A DNA stretch of 38,857 nt from Candidatus Kapaibacterium sp. GTDB taxonomy: Bacteria > Bacteroidota > Ignavibacteria > Kapaibacteriales > UBA2268. The notes under the pieces were generated by a model, which saw only the letters and a program-made list of their open reading frames with translations, did no database searches and was not told the origin of the DNA. A program made the translations under genes and the position numbers. This document shows, piece after piece, positions 17,001 to 26,096 of the stretch (positions are counted from its first letter, which is position 1; every line of letters begins with the position of its first letter). The stretch covers positions 1-38,857 of the forward strand of contig JAQIDA010000318.1 of the NCBI GenBank assembly GCA_027858275.1. Direction: 5' to 3'.

Positions 17001-18329
17001 TATTACTATCAGAGTGTCAACGGGTCTTGCTGTTGTGATAAATCCCTTGCCGAACAAAAGAATATCGAAAATTTTACCGTCGTCGAAAGTCAATGTTATT
17101 TGCGCGTTTTTATCGCCTAATGTTTGGGGCATATAAGTAACTTCGATGGGTACGGAATCACAGGGTGCGATCATCCCGGTTACAACATCAATTGAAAATT
17201 CATTCGAAGCGTCAGAAAGTTCCGCGGAAAAATAATTGTCTCTGAATGAATAGCTCGCTACCCAAACAGTATCAATCAGCTCGACGGGAATGCATGATTC
17301 TCCAAAATCAAATAATGTATCCGATACAGTTTCTTTCACATTCGAGAGTTTGTAAATACCCTGACCTACAACCCATCCGTCATTGGGGGTAATAAATCTA
17401 ATATCATCAAGATTGCCTTCGCCGATTCCGCAATTTTTCAATTCCCATGTATAACCGCCGTCGCTTGTGTAATATACTGAGCCCTCGTATCCGCAAGCCC
17501 ATCCGGTGTTCTTGTCGATTAGAAATGTTCCGAACATAGGGTCGGGAAGCTTTTTTTCGATCCATGTCAAACCGTCATTCATTGAAAATCTCATGCCGCC
17601 GGCTGCGCCTTGACCGCTGCAATTGGTTCCGGCTGTGGGCAAGAGGTAGGAACCGTTAAAATATGTGAGTTCTTCTTGCCAAATCCGTGAACCGGTTGCG
17701 ATAATGTTGTCCCAAGTATCTCCGCCGTCGGTTGTTTTCCAAATCCATCCGCTGCTGACAGCGTAACCAAGTCCAACGGGGTCATATATTGTCACATCGG
17801 TCATCCCCGATGATCCAATTTGTGCTGTGAATTCATTCCAAGTCTGTCCGCCGTCGGTAGTATGGTAGAAATATTGGATGCCGTACAGACAGCCTTCGCC
17901 GACAACTACCCCGTTGCTATTACTAACAAAATAGCAACCCCACAGTTTCCCGGCTCCGGCAGGAGTTATGTCCCGCCAAGTCCGGCCGCCGTCAACTGAT
18001 TTAAATATACCCTCACTGCCGGATGTATATCCGACTGTTGTTGAGGGGAAATGAATGCTTTCCATGTGGTCCGCGCCCTGAATATCTGATCCGAGCCAAG
18101 TGTCACCGCCGTCGGTTGTGCGTAATACTTTGCCGTTGAACCCGCATATCCAGCCATACTGAGGATTGTCAGGACGGAAATCAATATCTAACCAATAATT
18201 ATCAATGTAATTGGAAGGAACTGAAGTGACTCGTTGCCAATATTGAGCAGATACGGGAGAGTTGGCACCCCCCATAAAGATGAGAAATAATATAGAGACT
18301 AATATTTTTTTCATGACGCTCTGTTTCAC
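14085..18329 (-). CDS. Giant T9SS-secreted surface protein: BNR/Ycf48-like beta-propeller, multiple Ig-like (choice-of-anchor-D / ASH-type) domains, a cohesin-like module and a Por C-terminal sorting domain
   Basis: 1414 aa with signal peptide MKKILVSILFLIFMGGANSPVSA-Q. Six BNR-type motifs lie in the first ~300 aa (TTDGGDTW, SVDGGRTW, TTDGGQTW, TTDGGDTW, SMNDGLTW, TSDGGYTW). A long series of ~100-aa beta-rich repeats follows. The C-terminus ..GNNKIILDISDFADGVYFVSYEYAADKYELKKFILLK is a typical T9SS CTD. Confidence 0.85.
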   Translation of the reverse strand: MKQSVMKKILVSILFLIFMGGANSPVSAQYWQRVTSVPSNYIDNYWLDIDFRPDNPQYGWICGFNGKVLRTTDGGDTWLGSDIQGADHMESIHFPSTTVGYTSGSEGIFKSVDGGRTWRDITPAGAGKLWGCYFVSNSNGVVVGEGCLYGIQYFYHTTDGGQTWNEFTAQIGSSGMTDVTIYDPVGLGYAVSSGWIWKTTDGGDTWDNIIATGSRIWQEELTYFNGSYLLPTAGTNCSGQGAAGGMRFSMNDGLTWIEKKLPDPMFGTFLIDKNTGWACGYEGSVYYTSDGGYTWELKNCGIGEGNLDDIRFITPNDGWVVGQGIYKLSNVKETVSDTLFDFGESCIPVELIDTVWVASYSFRDNYFSAELSDASNEFSIDVVTGMIAPCDSVPIEVTYMPQTLGDKNAQITLTFDDGKIFDILLFGKGFITTARPVDTLIVIDYAPCGDTLRDSTAWIADESGEMVKTYGQDSGNNLITIDGEFPLEIFVDDDNYMTFNITTVDTGWADTRVRFSLWPCVRDTFVTVRAYGVSPIISAPEITVELECTSEATVAIPVYNTGNADLIISGAEFLDASSSFTVLSWKSGQTYPLIIEPGENDFVNVRYAPDVAKDGSSTLTVYNNDRTTARGVRSPYEFEVHAQVTSTDVRSNEYFLNYGKVCLGESSERYITISNLGNLNASMREPNIDYENYSLSSIFTEYPATLSKSSSVGYRITFNPTHTGMFNDTLLFLNDPCDDTVQVVLTGECIQSDITVDPGTISGMIQMGVDYKKIVKLEAAGTMPLEVVEINLRPGNADWTFSHSGVFPIKIEAGEFKEVTLTFRTEIETRLQGYIQIITESECPTELRVPVDLFSKAEWLAFSATSIEFGDYLCDPPVELDTLTISNDGTLDERIIAIDLLQSSDDFKYYLSDTPPFTLPSGATTDIIVEYSPTIEGNASATVSFETETLEGFPLLFPVSGSYATVNSTPLDTTINLGEIIECEGSFEFTMTYRNSGTYDDTLAIVRNQPDSGFDIDPNDLMAVDAGWETNIVIQVNPEDFDGLGHHEETIILRSLVCDIELTITIIAELIHPLLTIVPDSLYFGKRWVDRDTTLSFTVSNLSSKDIMVTNFKIIPPSTQFEHSSPTSFMLTPDESLEIPVKYTSANSGTFDVRAYFLYETSCNDTAYVKLRGETPDEDYRTLVKIDRYEQIPGDIIDIAVELIGAIDYLEPDGLDFAFKWDRFLFHPYKMFVADSQQGTREIAYTYDLGTISGHLDKDDALYVINNPGNILFIRGTVLLHTPDSTELYIDEFVPISLKTVTIDTVTGRLVATPDCRQVVDFPFIFMPQAELILPEMILNKDVADISISSDGEVSGTLTVRNVLGETLFEKTVNANKGNNKIILDISDFADGVYFVSYEYAADKYELKKFILLK

Positions 18330-18652
18330 TTTCAGCTAAAGATTAAAAACTCAAAAAAATATACAGAAAAACCAACATATCAATATAACACATAAGACGT
18401 TAAAAAGTAACTGTCTTGATGTATAAATAAATGAAAATTTTGGATAAATCAAAAGTATTTTTCATTTATTGCGGGATTTTTGTCAAAGATCGCCTGTCTG
18501 TCTCAATGAAATCAATGTGTTTGTCGGAATTGACGGCCCGGAAAGAGCCGTCAAATTTATCAATCAAAAAAAAACATAAAAATAACAACTAAAATTCTCT
18601 TATATTCGTAACTGATTTAAAATACAATATGTAGAACGGAGTTCTTTAAAAT

Positions 18653-19243
18653 ATGCTGCCGAATAAACAAGACGAATTTCCGCTGAGCAAGCACAAGAAG
18701 ATTAAAGGTTCGCGCAGAATGGCACGCGAAAAAGTATTGCAAATTCTTTTTGCGCTCGAATTGTGTGATACTCCGGTTAACACATTGATCTCACATATAT
18801 TTTTCCGCAGATTTAATTTTGGAGACGATGAGGAACATATTGTTGCTGATAAATTGTTGACACCTGATGAAATAAATGAGTTGGACGCGGATGTTACTAT
18901 TGATTGGACGCACGACGAAATCGAATTTGGCAGAAACTTGACTATGCGAACAATTGACAACACAGAAGATACCAATGCATTGATAGTGAAATTTGCCCAA
19001 AACTGGAAAATTGAACGTATTGCTCCGATTGACAGGGTTTTAATGAGAATGTCAATTACTGAATTGTTGATGTTCCACGAGATTCCGCCGAAAGTAAGCA
19101 TCAATGAATCAATTGAGATCGCAAAGAGATACTCAACGCCCAAAAGCGGTAATTTTATTAACGGCGTTTTAGATTCAGTACACGAAGAATTGTTAAAAAA
19201 TGAACGAATGAACAAAAGCGGACGCGGATTGATAGATAAATAA
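18653..19243 (+). CDS. nusB: Transcription antitermination factor NusB (with an internal ~35-aa insertion)
   Basis: Has the RRMAREKVLQILFALEL N-terminus and the C-terminal IERIAPIDRVLMRMSITELL...PPKVSINESIEIAKRYS...SGNFINGVLD signature of NusB. Confidence 0.85.
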   Translation: MLPNKQDEFPLSKHKKIKGSRRMAREKVLQILFALELCDTPVNTLISHIFFRRFNFGDDEEHIVADKLLTPDEINELDADVTIDWTHDEIEFGRNLTMRTIDNTEDTNALIVKFAQNWKIERIAPIDRVLMRMSITELLMFHEIPPKVSINESIEIAKRYSTPKSGNFINGVLDSVHEELLKNERMNKSGRGLIDK

Positions 19244-19289
19244 AATCGTTTCAATTTGTGTCTCTATTGATATGAAAAATTTCACGAAT

Positions 19290-19327
19290 AAGTCATCGCT
19301 GACAAATGAGTCATTCGATGACTTTTT
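19290..19327 (+). terminator. Candidate rho-independent terminator after nusB
   Basis: A 9-bp stem AAGTCATCG / CGATGACTT is followed by TTTTATAT. An alternative shorter hairpin (AGTCAT-TCG-ATGACT) uses the same 3' arm. Confidence 0.5.
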
Positions 19328-19414
19328 ATATATTCAGGGTTGAATTAGCCGGCAGAATCAATCAGTTTAGATTATTAACTCCGATCCGAACCGCGCATAA
19401 ACCACAAGGAAATA

Positions 19415-20923
19415 ATGAAAAGAAAACCAATACAGATATTTCTTAACAGCGTAGAACGAGTGGGCAACGCTTTGCCTCATCCTGCATCATTGTTTGGAAT
19501 GTTTGCCTTATTGATCCTTGTTTTCTCCGCAATTTTCGGCGCGATGGGAACCCAAGCAGTTGACCCGGTCACGGGAGAAGTTTATAAAGCAATCAATCTG
19601 CTCAGCAAAGAGGGCTTGCACCGAATACTCATAGAGATGGTGTCAAATTTCACATCATTCGCTCCCTTGGGAATAGTGATTGTCGCGATGCTCGGAATCG
19701 GGCTGGCGGAAGATTCGGGTTTGATAGCTGTTATGATCCGTAGTTTAGTCATATATTCACCTTTAAAGTTTCTTACTTTCATAATTGTGCTTGCCGGAAT
19801 TCTTTCAAATCTGGCTTCGAGTGTCGGATATGTTTTGCTTGTTCCGCTTGCGGGAATTATTTTCAAAGCAGTCGGGCGGCATCCGATAGCAGGTATGGCG
19901 GCAGGGTTTGCCGGAGTCTCAGGCGGTTATTCTGCTAATCTGATCCTCGGAACCATTGATCCTTTGCTTGCAGGATTGTCGCAGGAAGCGGCTCGAATCG
20001 TAGATCCTGCTTATACTGTCAATCCGACCGCAAACTACTATTTCATGGTTGCATCAACATTCATTATTGCTTTCCTCGGGACATGGATCACAGAGAAAAT
20101 TGTTATTCCGCGATTGGGCAAATACGAGGATGATGAATCTGAAAAAGAAGAAATCGCCAAATTAACGTCTCCGGAAAAGAAAGGCTTGATTCGAGTCGGA
20201 ATATTTGTTGCGGCGTTTATAGCATTGTTAGCAGCAACTATTATTCCTGAAAGCGGAATATTGAGAGGCATGGACGGCAGTTTCCTTAAATCTCCGGTGC
20301 TGAAGGGTATAGTCGCTGTGTTGTTCGTTGTTGCCGGGCTTGCGGGCGTGATCTACGGTCATGCTGTAGGCAAGTACAAGAACGATTCGCAGGTAATGAA
20401 AGGTATGGCTGACTCGACGAAATCTCTGGCGGGATATATAGTCCTTGTTTTCTTTGCCGCCCAGTTTGTTGAGTACTTTCAGTGGAGCAATTTAGGGATT
20501 ATCCTCGCGGTAAACGGCGCCAATTTTATAAAAAGTTTAGATCTTAATTTATTCACGCTTGTGATAATGTTTGTGCTTTTCTCCGGCGGGATAAATCTGG
20601 TTATGGGCAGCGCGTCCGCCAAATGGGCCTTGCTTGCCCCGGTGTTTGTGCCGATGTTTATGTATCTCGGCTATTCGCCGGAACTGACGCAGGTGATCTA
20701 CCGAATAGGTGACAGCACAACAAATATTATCAGCCCGATGATGAGCTTTTTCGCTTTGATAATTGTATATTTTCAGAAGTACGACAAGAACGCCGGGATC
20801 GGTACAATCGTAGCTACAATGCTACCGTATTCAATCCTGTTTATGATAGTGTGGAGTATATTCCTTATCGGATGGCTTTGGCTCGATCTGCCGCTTGGCC
20901 CCGGAGCCGGAGTTATGCTTTAG
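19415..20923 (+). CDS. abgT: AbgT family transporter (p-aminobenzoyl-glutamate / antimetabolite transporter family)
   Basis: 502 aa polytopic membrane protein. The N-terminus FLNSVERVGNALPHPASLFGMFALLIL and the overall pattern are characteristic of AbgT/MtrF/YdaH. Confidence 0.85.
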   Translation: MKRKPIQIFLNSVERVGNALPHPASLFGMFALLILVFSAIFGAMGTQAVDPVTGEVYKAINLLSKEGLHRILIEMVSNFTSFAPLGIVIVAMLGIGLAEDSGLIAVMIRSLVIYSPLKFLTFIIVLAGILSNLASSVGYVLLVPLAGIIFKAVGRHPIAGMAAGFAGVSGGYSANLILGTIDPLLAGLSQEAARIVDPAYTVNPTANYYFMVASTFIIAFLGTWITEKIVIPRLGKYEDDESEKEEIAKLTSPEKKGLIRVGIFVAAFIALLAATIIPESGILRGMDGSFLKSPVLKGIVAVLFVVAGLAGVIYGHAVGKYKNDSQVMKGMADSTKSLAGYIVLVFFAAQFVEYFQWSNLGIILAVNGANFIKSLDLNLFTLVIMFVLFSGGINLVMGSASAKWALLAPVFVPMFMYLGYSPELTQVIYRIGDSTTNIISPMMSFFALIIVYFQKYDKNAGIGTIVATMLPYSILFMIVWSIFLIGWLWLDLPLGPGAGVML

Positions 20924-21031
20924 GATTTAATTAGATTAGTAAATATTTGGATTATTAACAATGATTTGAAAAAAAACTAAGTATTTATTTATTAAAGCCA
21001 TTTTTCTCATGGTTTTTATCAAATTTTCTCA

Positions 21032-21039
21032 TATATTTG
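21032..21039 (+). promoter_or_regulatory. Possible Bacteroidota-type -7 promoter element TATATTTG upstream of rplS
   Basis: Matches the TAnnTTTG consensus about 100 nt upstream of the rplS ATG. I found no clean -33 TTTG at the expected spacing. A second TATATTTG lies at 6230-6237 upstream of bamD. Confidence 0.25.
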
Positions 21040-21096
21040 CACTCTTGTAAAAGATTATTTGACAAGACAGTAAATTCTAATAGAATAGACATTTTC

Positions 21097-21121
21097 TAAG
21101 AGCTTTTTCTAACAGCTCTTA
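21097..21121 (+). promoter_or_regulatory. Leader hairpin TAAGAGCT-(9 nt)-AGCTCTTA immediately upstream of the rplS ribosome-binding region
   Basis: The 8-bp perfect stem was read directly. It ends 20 nt before the ATG, next to the purine-rich GGAAGGAAAG. Confidence 0.35.
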
Positions 21122-21141
21122 AATTTGGAAGGAAAGAAAAA

Positions 21142-21522
21142 ATGAATTCAATGCCATTGATTGAGGAGATGCTGAAAGCAAGAGCAATCGACTCACGCAA
21201 GCAAAAAGACGGCGACAACTATGTTGAAGTGCCGAGCTTCAACCCCGGCGACCAAGTAAACATCGCTGTTCGCGTTGTTGAAGGTGAGAAAGAACGTATC
21301 CAGAATTTTAAGGGAATCGTTCTCGGTATCCGCGGCGGCGGCGTCAACAAAACATTCCGCGTAAGAAAAATTTCAAACGGTGTGGGTGTCGAAAGAGTTT
21401 TTCACATGTCTTCACCTATGCTCCAGGGCATAACTGTTCTTCGTACCGGCAATGTTCGCAGAGCTAAATTGTATTATCTCCGCGGTATGTCAGAACGTAA
21501 GATTCGCCAGAAAATCAGCTAA
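21142..21522 (+). CDS. rplS: 50S ribosomal protein L19
   Basis: 126 aa. [51 protein letters not shown]...SP....I.V...[11 protein letters not shown] is the L19 signature. Confidence 0.95.
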   Translation: MNSMPLIEEMLKARAIDSRKQKDGDNYVEVPSFNPGDQVNIAVRVVEGEKERIQNFKGIVLGIRGGGVNKTFRVRKISNGVGVERVFHMSSPMLQGITVLRTGNVRRAKLYYLRGMSERKIRQKIS

Positions 21523-21543
21523 GACTGAAAAATATCCTATATG

Positions 21544-21576
21544 CGGCGGCAAATTAATTTTTGTACGCCGTTTTTT
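21544..21576 (+). terminator. Weak candidate terminator after rplS
   Basis: Only a 5-bp CGGCG/CGCCG stem with a long loop, followed by TTTTTT. Read-through into the glycosyltransferase genes is plausible. Confidence 0.25.
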
Positions 21577-21632
21577 GGTTTGTAAAAGTTCTTCGGGAAT
21601 TTATATATAATCTGTTTAAATCCGGAAATATC

Positions 21633-22763
21633 ATGGACAACCTGATTAATATAGCCTTTGTGAGTCACTTCCCCCACCTGAAAATGGGCGGACAGCGCAG
21701 CATGACTCATCTGATTGAAAATCTTGATCGAACGAGATTCAGACCTTTCGCAATATGTCCCGAACCGGGAGAACTCTCTGAAAAATTGGAATCAATCGGC
21801 TGCAAATGTTTCTTTGTGCCGTTTCACAGCCTCAAACCAAAGTTTCTGTCCTATGCCATTCCGAATATTTTCAAAGTGCGAGATATTATCAAATCTTATA
21901 ATATCGATATAATACATCCTGATTTCACAGCAGATACATTTATTTGCGGTCTTGCTAAAAAAGGCACTTCCTGCAAAATGGTATGGCATGTGCGTTGGAA
22001 TGAGCATTTCCCCAAAGACAGAATCCACGAACGTCTCGCAGACGGCATTATCGGTGTTTCCGATGCAGCAGGCACGAGATTCAGCGACACTCCGGCAATT
22101 AAGAATAAATATATCACAATTTACAACGGTGTGGATTGTGAAAAATTCTGCCCGATTGACGACAAAAAAGCCAAAAGAAGAGAACTTGGAATTGATGATT
22201 CAAGGTTTATGCTGATATTTGTCGGCGTTCTCAAAGAAGGCAAGGGCGTGCTTGATATTGCCAATGCTTTGGCGATTCTGAAAAAAGATAAAGATTTGCC
22301 CGAGATGCCGCTTTGCGTTTTCGCAGGCTCCAAAGGCAAGCAGGAAACTTATGACGAATTGCTGAAAATTTTCAAAGACAATGATCTCGAAGGAGATATT
22401 GATCTTGTCGGTCAGCAGACAAACATCCACGAATGGATGCAAGCAGCCGACGCATTGATGATCCCTTCCCACGAAGGACACGAAGGAATGCCGCGCGTTC
22501 TCTACGAATCAATATCTTGCGGAACTGTCGGAATCGGCAGCAATACTTCAGGCGTAAATGAAGCCGTGACTCCTGACAGCGGTATCCTCGTTGAAGAAAT
22601 GACTCCAACGGACATAGCCGCGGCAGTAAAAAAAATAATGCTCGACCCCGATCTTGTAAAAGATCTACAAATAAACGGCCGCAAAAGAGCATTAGAATTC
22701 TTCGATATAAAAAAACACGCTAAATCTGTTCAGGATTTCTACGCGAAAATTCTTAACTTGTAA
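21633..22763 (+). CDS. Glycosyltransferase family 4 (GT-B, Glycos_transf_1)
   Basis: Has the N-terminal IAFVSHFPHLKMGGQRS. The C-terminal domain carries the EGHEGMPRVLYESISCGTVGIGSNTSGVNEAV (E-x7-E-like) motif. I prefer ATG 21633 because the ORF-track start at 21561 overlaps the rplS terminator region. Confidence 0.85.
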   Translation: MDNLINIAFVSHFPHLKMGGQRSMTHLIENLDRTRFRPFAICPEPGELSEKLESIGCKCFFVPFHSLKPKFLSYAIPNIFKVRDIIKSYNIDIIHPDFTADTFICGLAKKGTSCKMVWHVRWNEHFPKDRIHERLADGIIGVSDAAGTRFSDTPAIKNKYITIYNGVDCEKFCPIDDKKAKRRELGIDDSRFMLIFVGVLKEGKGVLDIANALAILKKDKDLPEMPLCVFAGSKGKQETYDELLKIFKDNDLEGDIDLVGQQTNIHEWMQAADALMIPSHEGHEGMPRVLYESISCGTVGIGSNTSGVNEAVTPDSGILVEEMTPTDIAAAVKKIMLDPDLVKDLQINGRKRALEFFDIKKHAKSVQDFYAKILNL

Positions 22764-22795
22764 TTAATGTTTTGAGATAATTACGAGTCGACGGA

Positions 22796-23869
22796 ATGAA
22801 CATCCTTTTTCTAAACTCAGCAAGGTCAAGAGGCGGCAACGAATTGTGGTCGACAGTGACGGCTAACGCACTCGCTGAAAAAGGCCATACAGTTTGTTTT
22901 GCAATCCGTTCGGACTTCTTCAAAGAAATGCTCAGCGACAAAATTAATATCATCGAAATTCCATTTAAGCATGAGCTGGACTCTTCGACATATTCTCTTC
23001 TGAATAATGCGATAGATAAGTACAAAATAGATATCCTCCTTCCCACCAAACAAAAAGAATACTTTATCGCCGGACGAATCGGCAAAAAGAGAAAACTTCC
23101 CGTTGTTTTCAGACTCGGAATTGCAAGGAACCTCCCGAAATGGGATTTGTATCGCCGATATATTTTTAAAAAATATCCGTCGGCGGTTATCGTAAATGCA
23201 TCTAATATCAAGGATATATTAGTTCAAAATGACATTGTTGAACCGGATAAAATCAAAGTAATATACAACGGCTACGATTTCCCTGATTCTGTTGAAGATT
23301 TTATTGAAGCTGATCTGCCGAATGACAAATTTATCTTCGCAGCCGCCGGTCGATTGACCGCTCAAAAGGGCTATGATTTGCTCCTGAAAGCTTGTGTCGA
23401 ACTGAATAAAACTCGCAACGATTACCGAGTGATTATAGCAGGAGACGGCGGTGAGAAAGAAGATTATATAAAGTATATTGAAGAGAATAATCTTGAAGAT
23501 ATCGTTCATTTAATAGGGTATATCTCAAACGTTCGCGGTTTTCTCAAAACAGCTGACGCTGTGCTGATCCCGTCTCGTAATGAGGGTATCCCTAATACAT
23601 TGTTTGAAGCATGGAGTCTTAAGAAAGCTGTAATTACAAGCGATGCCGCAGGTTTGCCGGAGGCAATGCGAACAATGGAAAACGGCATAATGTGTGCGCT
23701 TAGTCCCGATAAAATAGCGGATGCAATGAAGTATTTCTTGGATCATCCGGAGGAAATCGAAGCATTCGGGGAAGCCGGATATAAGACTATGAAAGAGAAT
23801 TTTTCTTTGGAGAAAAGCATTTCGGGGATAGAAGGATTATTGACTGAGCTTTGCGGAAAATCATGCTAA
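22796..23869 (+). CDS. Glycosyltransferase family 4 (GT-B)
   Basis: ILFLNSARSRGGNE at the N-terminus; PSRNEGIPNTLFEAWSLKKAVITSDAAGLPE is the GT4 E-x7-E region. Confidence 0.85.
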   Translation: MNILFLNSARSRGGNELWSTVTANALAEKGHTVCFAIRSDFFKEMLSDKINIIEIPFKHELDSSTYSLLNNAIDKYKIDILLPTKQKEYFIAGRIGKKRKLPVVFRLGIARNLPKWDLYRRYIFKKYPSAVIVNASNIKDILVQNDIVEPDKIKVIYNGYDFPDSVEDFIEADLPNDKFIFAAAGRLTAQKGYDLLLKACVELNKTRNDYRVIIAGDGGEKEDYIKYIEENNLEDIVHLIGYISNVRGFLKTADAVLIPSRNEGIPNTLFEAWSLKKAVITSDAAGLPEAMRTMENGIMCALSPDKIADAMKYFLDHPEEIEAFGEAGYKTMKENFSLEKSISGIEGLLTELCGKSC

Positions 23870-24915
23870 AACCAATACGCAATAGGATTGCTTTTGCCAA
23901 ACGGGCAGCCGCAGTAAAGAAATTGAACAGACCTGTTTCTAATAACAAGATATTGGTGATTCAGCTTGACGCTATGGGCGATGCCGCCATATTAGCTGAT
24001 TATATTAACACATTGCTAAAAACAAAATATGAGCCTGTTGTTGTCTGCCGTAAGGGCTTGGGGAAATTCTGGGAAAAATTGTTTCCCGGGCTTCATCTGT
24101 TTGAATATGAGATGGAACAAGGCTTGGATTCTGAATTTTGTGCTGATAATTTTAGCGATGAATACGAAGCCGTTATTTCCTTGAGTGTTATTCCAAATGC
24201 CTCATATATTGCGAGTTTTCCAATTTCTTCTAAGCGTATAAGTATGGTATCGGACAAGATTCATTATAAAGGCTCGAGGACAATTTTTACAGATATTGTT
24301 CATGTAACGAGCAAAGACCATATCCGTGTCAGATTCGACAAACTGTTTTCATATTTAGATGATTACAAAGAAACCGTATATGATTTTTCATTAAACAATG
24401 TTCCGGATCGGGAATCAAAAAAAATCATAATTCATCCCGGAGCGAAGTGGATACCCAGAAGGTGGCCGGCTGGAAATTTTATAGAATTGCTCCGAAAGCT
24501 CAATAAGTTGCAAATTGAAACCGTGCTTATCTGCGGCCCGGATGACGAGGATATACGCCGACAATTTGCGGATTGCATTGACGATTTCATTTCTCTCAGA
24601 ACATTAGATTCAATTGAAGACTTAATAGATACGATTAACTCAGCGTCAATTTTTATAGGCAATGATTCCGGTCCGGTTCATATAGCAAATCTGCTTCATA
24701 AGAACACAATTGTTCTGTGGGGACCGGGTAATTACGAAAGAATCAGACCTATAGGAGAAAACACTGAAATCCTGATTGAAGATGTAGATTGCAGACCTTG
24801 CAAGCAATACGGCGATAAATACAAATGCGAGCGAGGCGAAAATATTTGTCTGCAAAAAATAAGCGTTGATACGGTTTTAGATCGAATTTTGTATTTTCGT
24901 AATAAGAAGAGCTGA
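23863..24915 (+). CDS. Glycosyltransferase family 9 (heptosyltransferase-like)
   Basis: ILVIQLDAMGDAAILADYI (the GT9 N-terminal G-D motif) and FIGNDSGPVHIANLL (the GT9 C-terminal motif). ATG 23863 overlaps the upstream stop (ATGCTAA), suggesting translational coupling. The ORF-track TTG is at 23851. Confidence 0.8.
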   Translation: MLKPIRNRIAFAKRAAAVKKLNRPVSNNKILVIQLDAMGDAAILADYINTLLKTKYEPVVVCRKGLGKFWEKLFPGLHLFEYEMEQGLDSEFCADNFSDEYEAVISLSVIPNASYIASFPISSKRISMVSDKIHYKGSRTIFTDIVHVTSKDHIRVRFDKLFSYLDDYKETVYDFSLNNVPDRESKKIIIHPGAKWIPRRWPAGNFIELLRKLNKLQIETVLICGPDDEDIRRQFADCIDDFISLRTLDSIEDLIDTINSASIFIGNDSGPVHIANLLHKNTIVLWGPGNYERIRPIGENTEILIEDVDCRPCKQYGDKYKCERGENICLQKISVDTVLDRILYFRNKKS

Positions 24916-24953
24916 ATAATACAGTCTGACAGTCACAAACAAAAACTAAATAT

Positions 24954-26096
24954 ATGTTTTCATTTCTTAAAAATAATAAGCATGTGATGCCTGAGGGTGG
25001 ATACAGAACAGATCGCGCAATTGATCGGAAATCTATTATTATTCATCATTATTGTCCGCATACTTTCAACGCGGGCGATCATTTTGTGATCAGGTCTATT
25101 CGTCAGCATTTGAAACTCAGAATTCCCGAAGCCCTGTTCGTCCCGAAATCTTGCGCGGACAATCGCGGCTGGGGCGCGCCTACAAAGCTCAAAGGAAAGA
25201 ATATTGATATTTCTAATCGATACGCGGACGCAGTTGTTATCGGCGGATCAGATCAATATAACGCTTGGTCTTTGCGAATCGACAAGAATGAAATTGAAGA
25301 ACTTGCTCCTCCGTTGTATTTGATCGGTCTCGGCGCTTCATCCAAAAGTCTTGACGGGAAACCGCATATACCAAATGAATCATTCTACGAGGATATTAAG
25401 GCGACAAACGCAGTTGCGGCAATGTCCTCAGTTCGAGATAACGCGACATCTTATTTCTTGGATGAAGTCGGTGTGAGCAAACACATTATAACAGGTTGTC
25501 CCGCCATGTATTTGTTCAATCATAAATTTGAGCAAAAGGACAGCGATTATTGTTTGCTTACTTTCCCTTTCCCTGTGATTCATAGTTCTAACAAAGAACT
25601 TTTTGATAATCTTACTGAATTAATCAAGCAGCTTTTAAATCATATTAAATCAAAAGGAATACGCCCGATTATTTCTTGCCATGATGACAGAGATGTTATG
25701 AGAGCTCAGGAACTTTTCCCCGAAGAAGAGTTGTTTTTTTCGAATTATGTTGATGATTATTACGAATTGTATAAAAATGCCCGTGCAGTTTTCGGAACTC
25801 GCCTGCACGCCACAATTTTGTCGTCGGGACTGGGTACTCCGTTTATCAATATCAATCTTGATTTGAGGGGTAAAAGTTTTACTGAAACATTCGGATTAGA
25901 AAATCATAATATCGACATCAACGATCCGAGACTAAATGATAAATTTATCAGCGGAATAGATAATATATTGTCCGGAAATATCAAAGAATTAATAAAATTT
26001 GGAGAAGTAAAGGACAGTTACAGAAAAGTCTTTGATAAATTTATGGATGACACGGCAAACGATATTTATAAGAAAATCAACAAAAGAATCTACTGA
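24954..26096 (+). CDS. Polysaccharide pyruvyl transferase family protein
   Basis: HHYCPHTFNAGDHFVIRSI near the N-terminus and VFGTRLHATILSSGLGTPFININ near the C-terminus resemble the PS_pyruv_trans (CsaB/WcaK-like) family. Confidence 0.75.
   Translation: MFSFLKNNKHVMPEGGYRTDRAIDRKSIIIHHYCPHTFNAGDHFVIRSIRQHLKLRIPEALFVPKSCADNRGWGAPTKLKGKNIDISNRYADAVVIGGSDQYNAWSLRIDKNEIEELAPPLYLIGLGASSKSLDGKPHIPNESFYEDIKATNAVAAMSSVRDNATSYFLDEVGVSKHIITGCPAMYLFNHKFEQKDSDYCLLTFPFPVIHSSNKELFDNLTELIKQLLNHIKSKGIRPIISCHDDRDVMRAQELFPEEELFFSNYVDDYYELYKNARAVFGTRLHATILSSGLGTPFININLDLRGKSFTETFGLENHNIDINDPRLNDKFISGIDNILSGNIKELIKFGEVKDSYRKVFDKFMDDTANDIYKKINKRIY

Noticed and set aside
18646-19254. 202-aa ORF antisense to nusB
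   Set aside because: The + strand encodes an unmistakable NusB. The antisense product is Ser/Ile/Leu-rich low-information sequence with no motifs.
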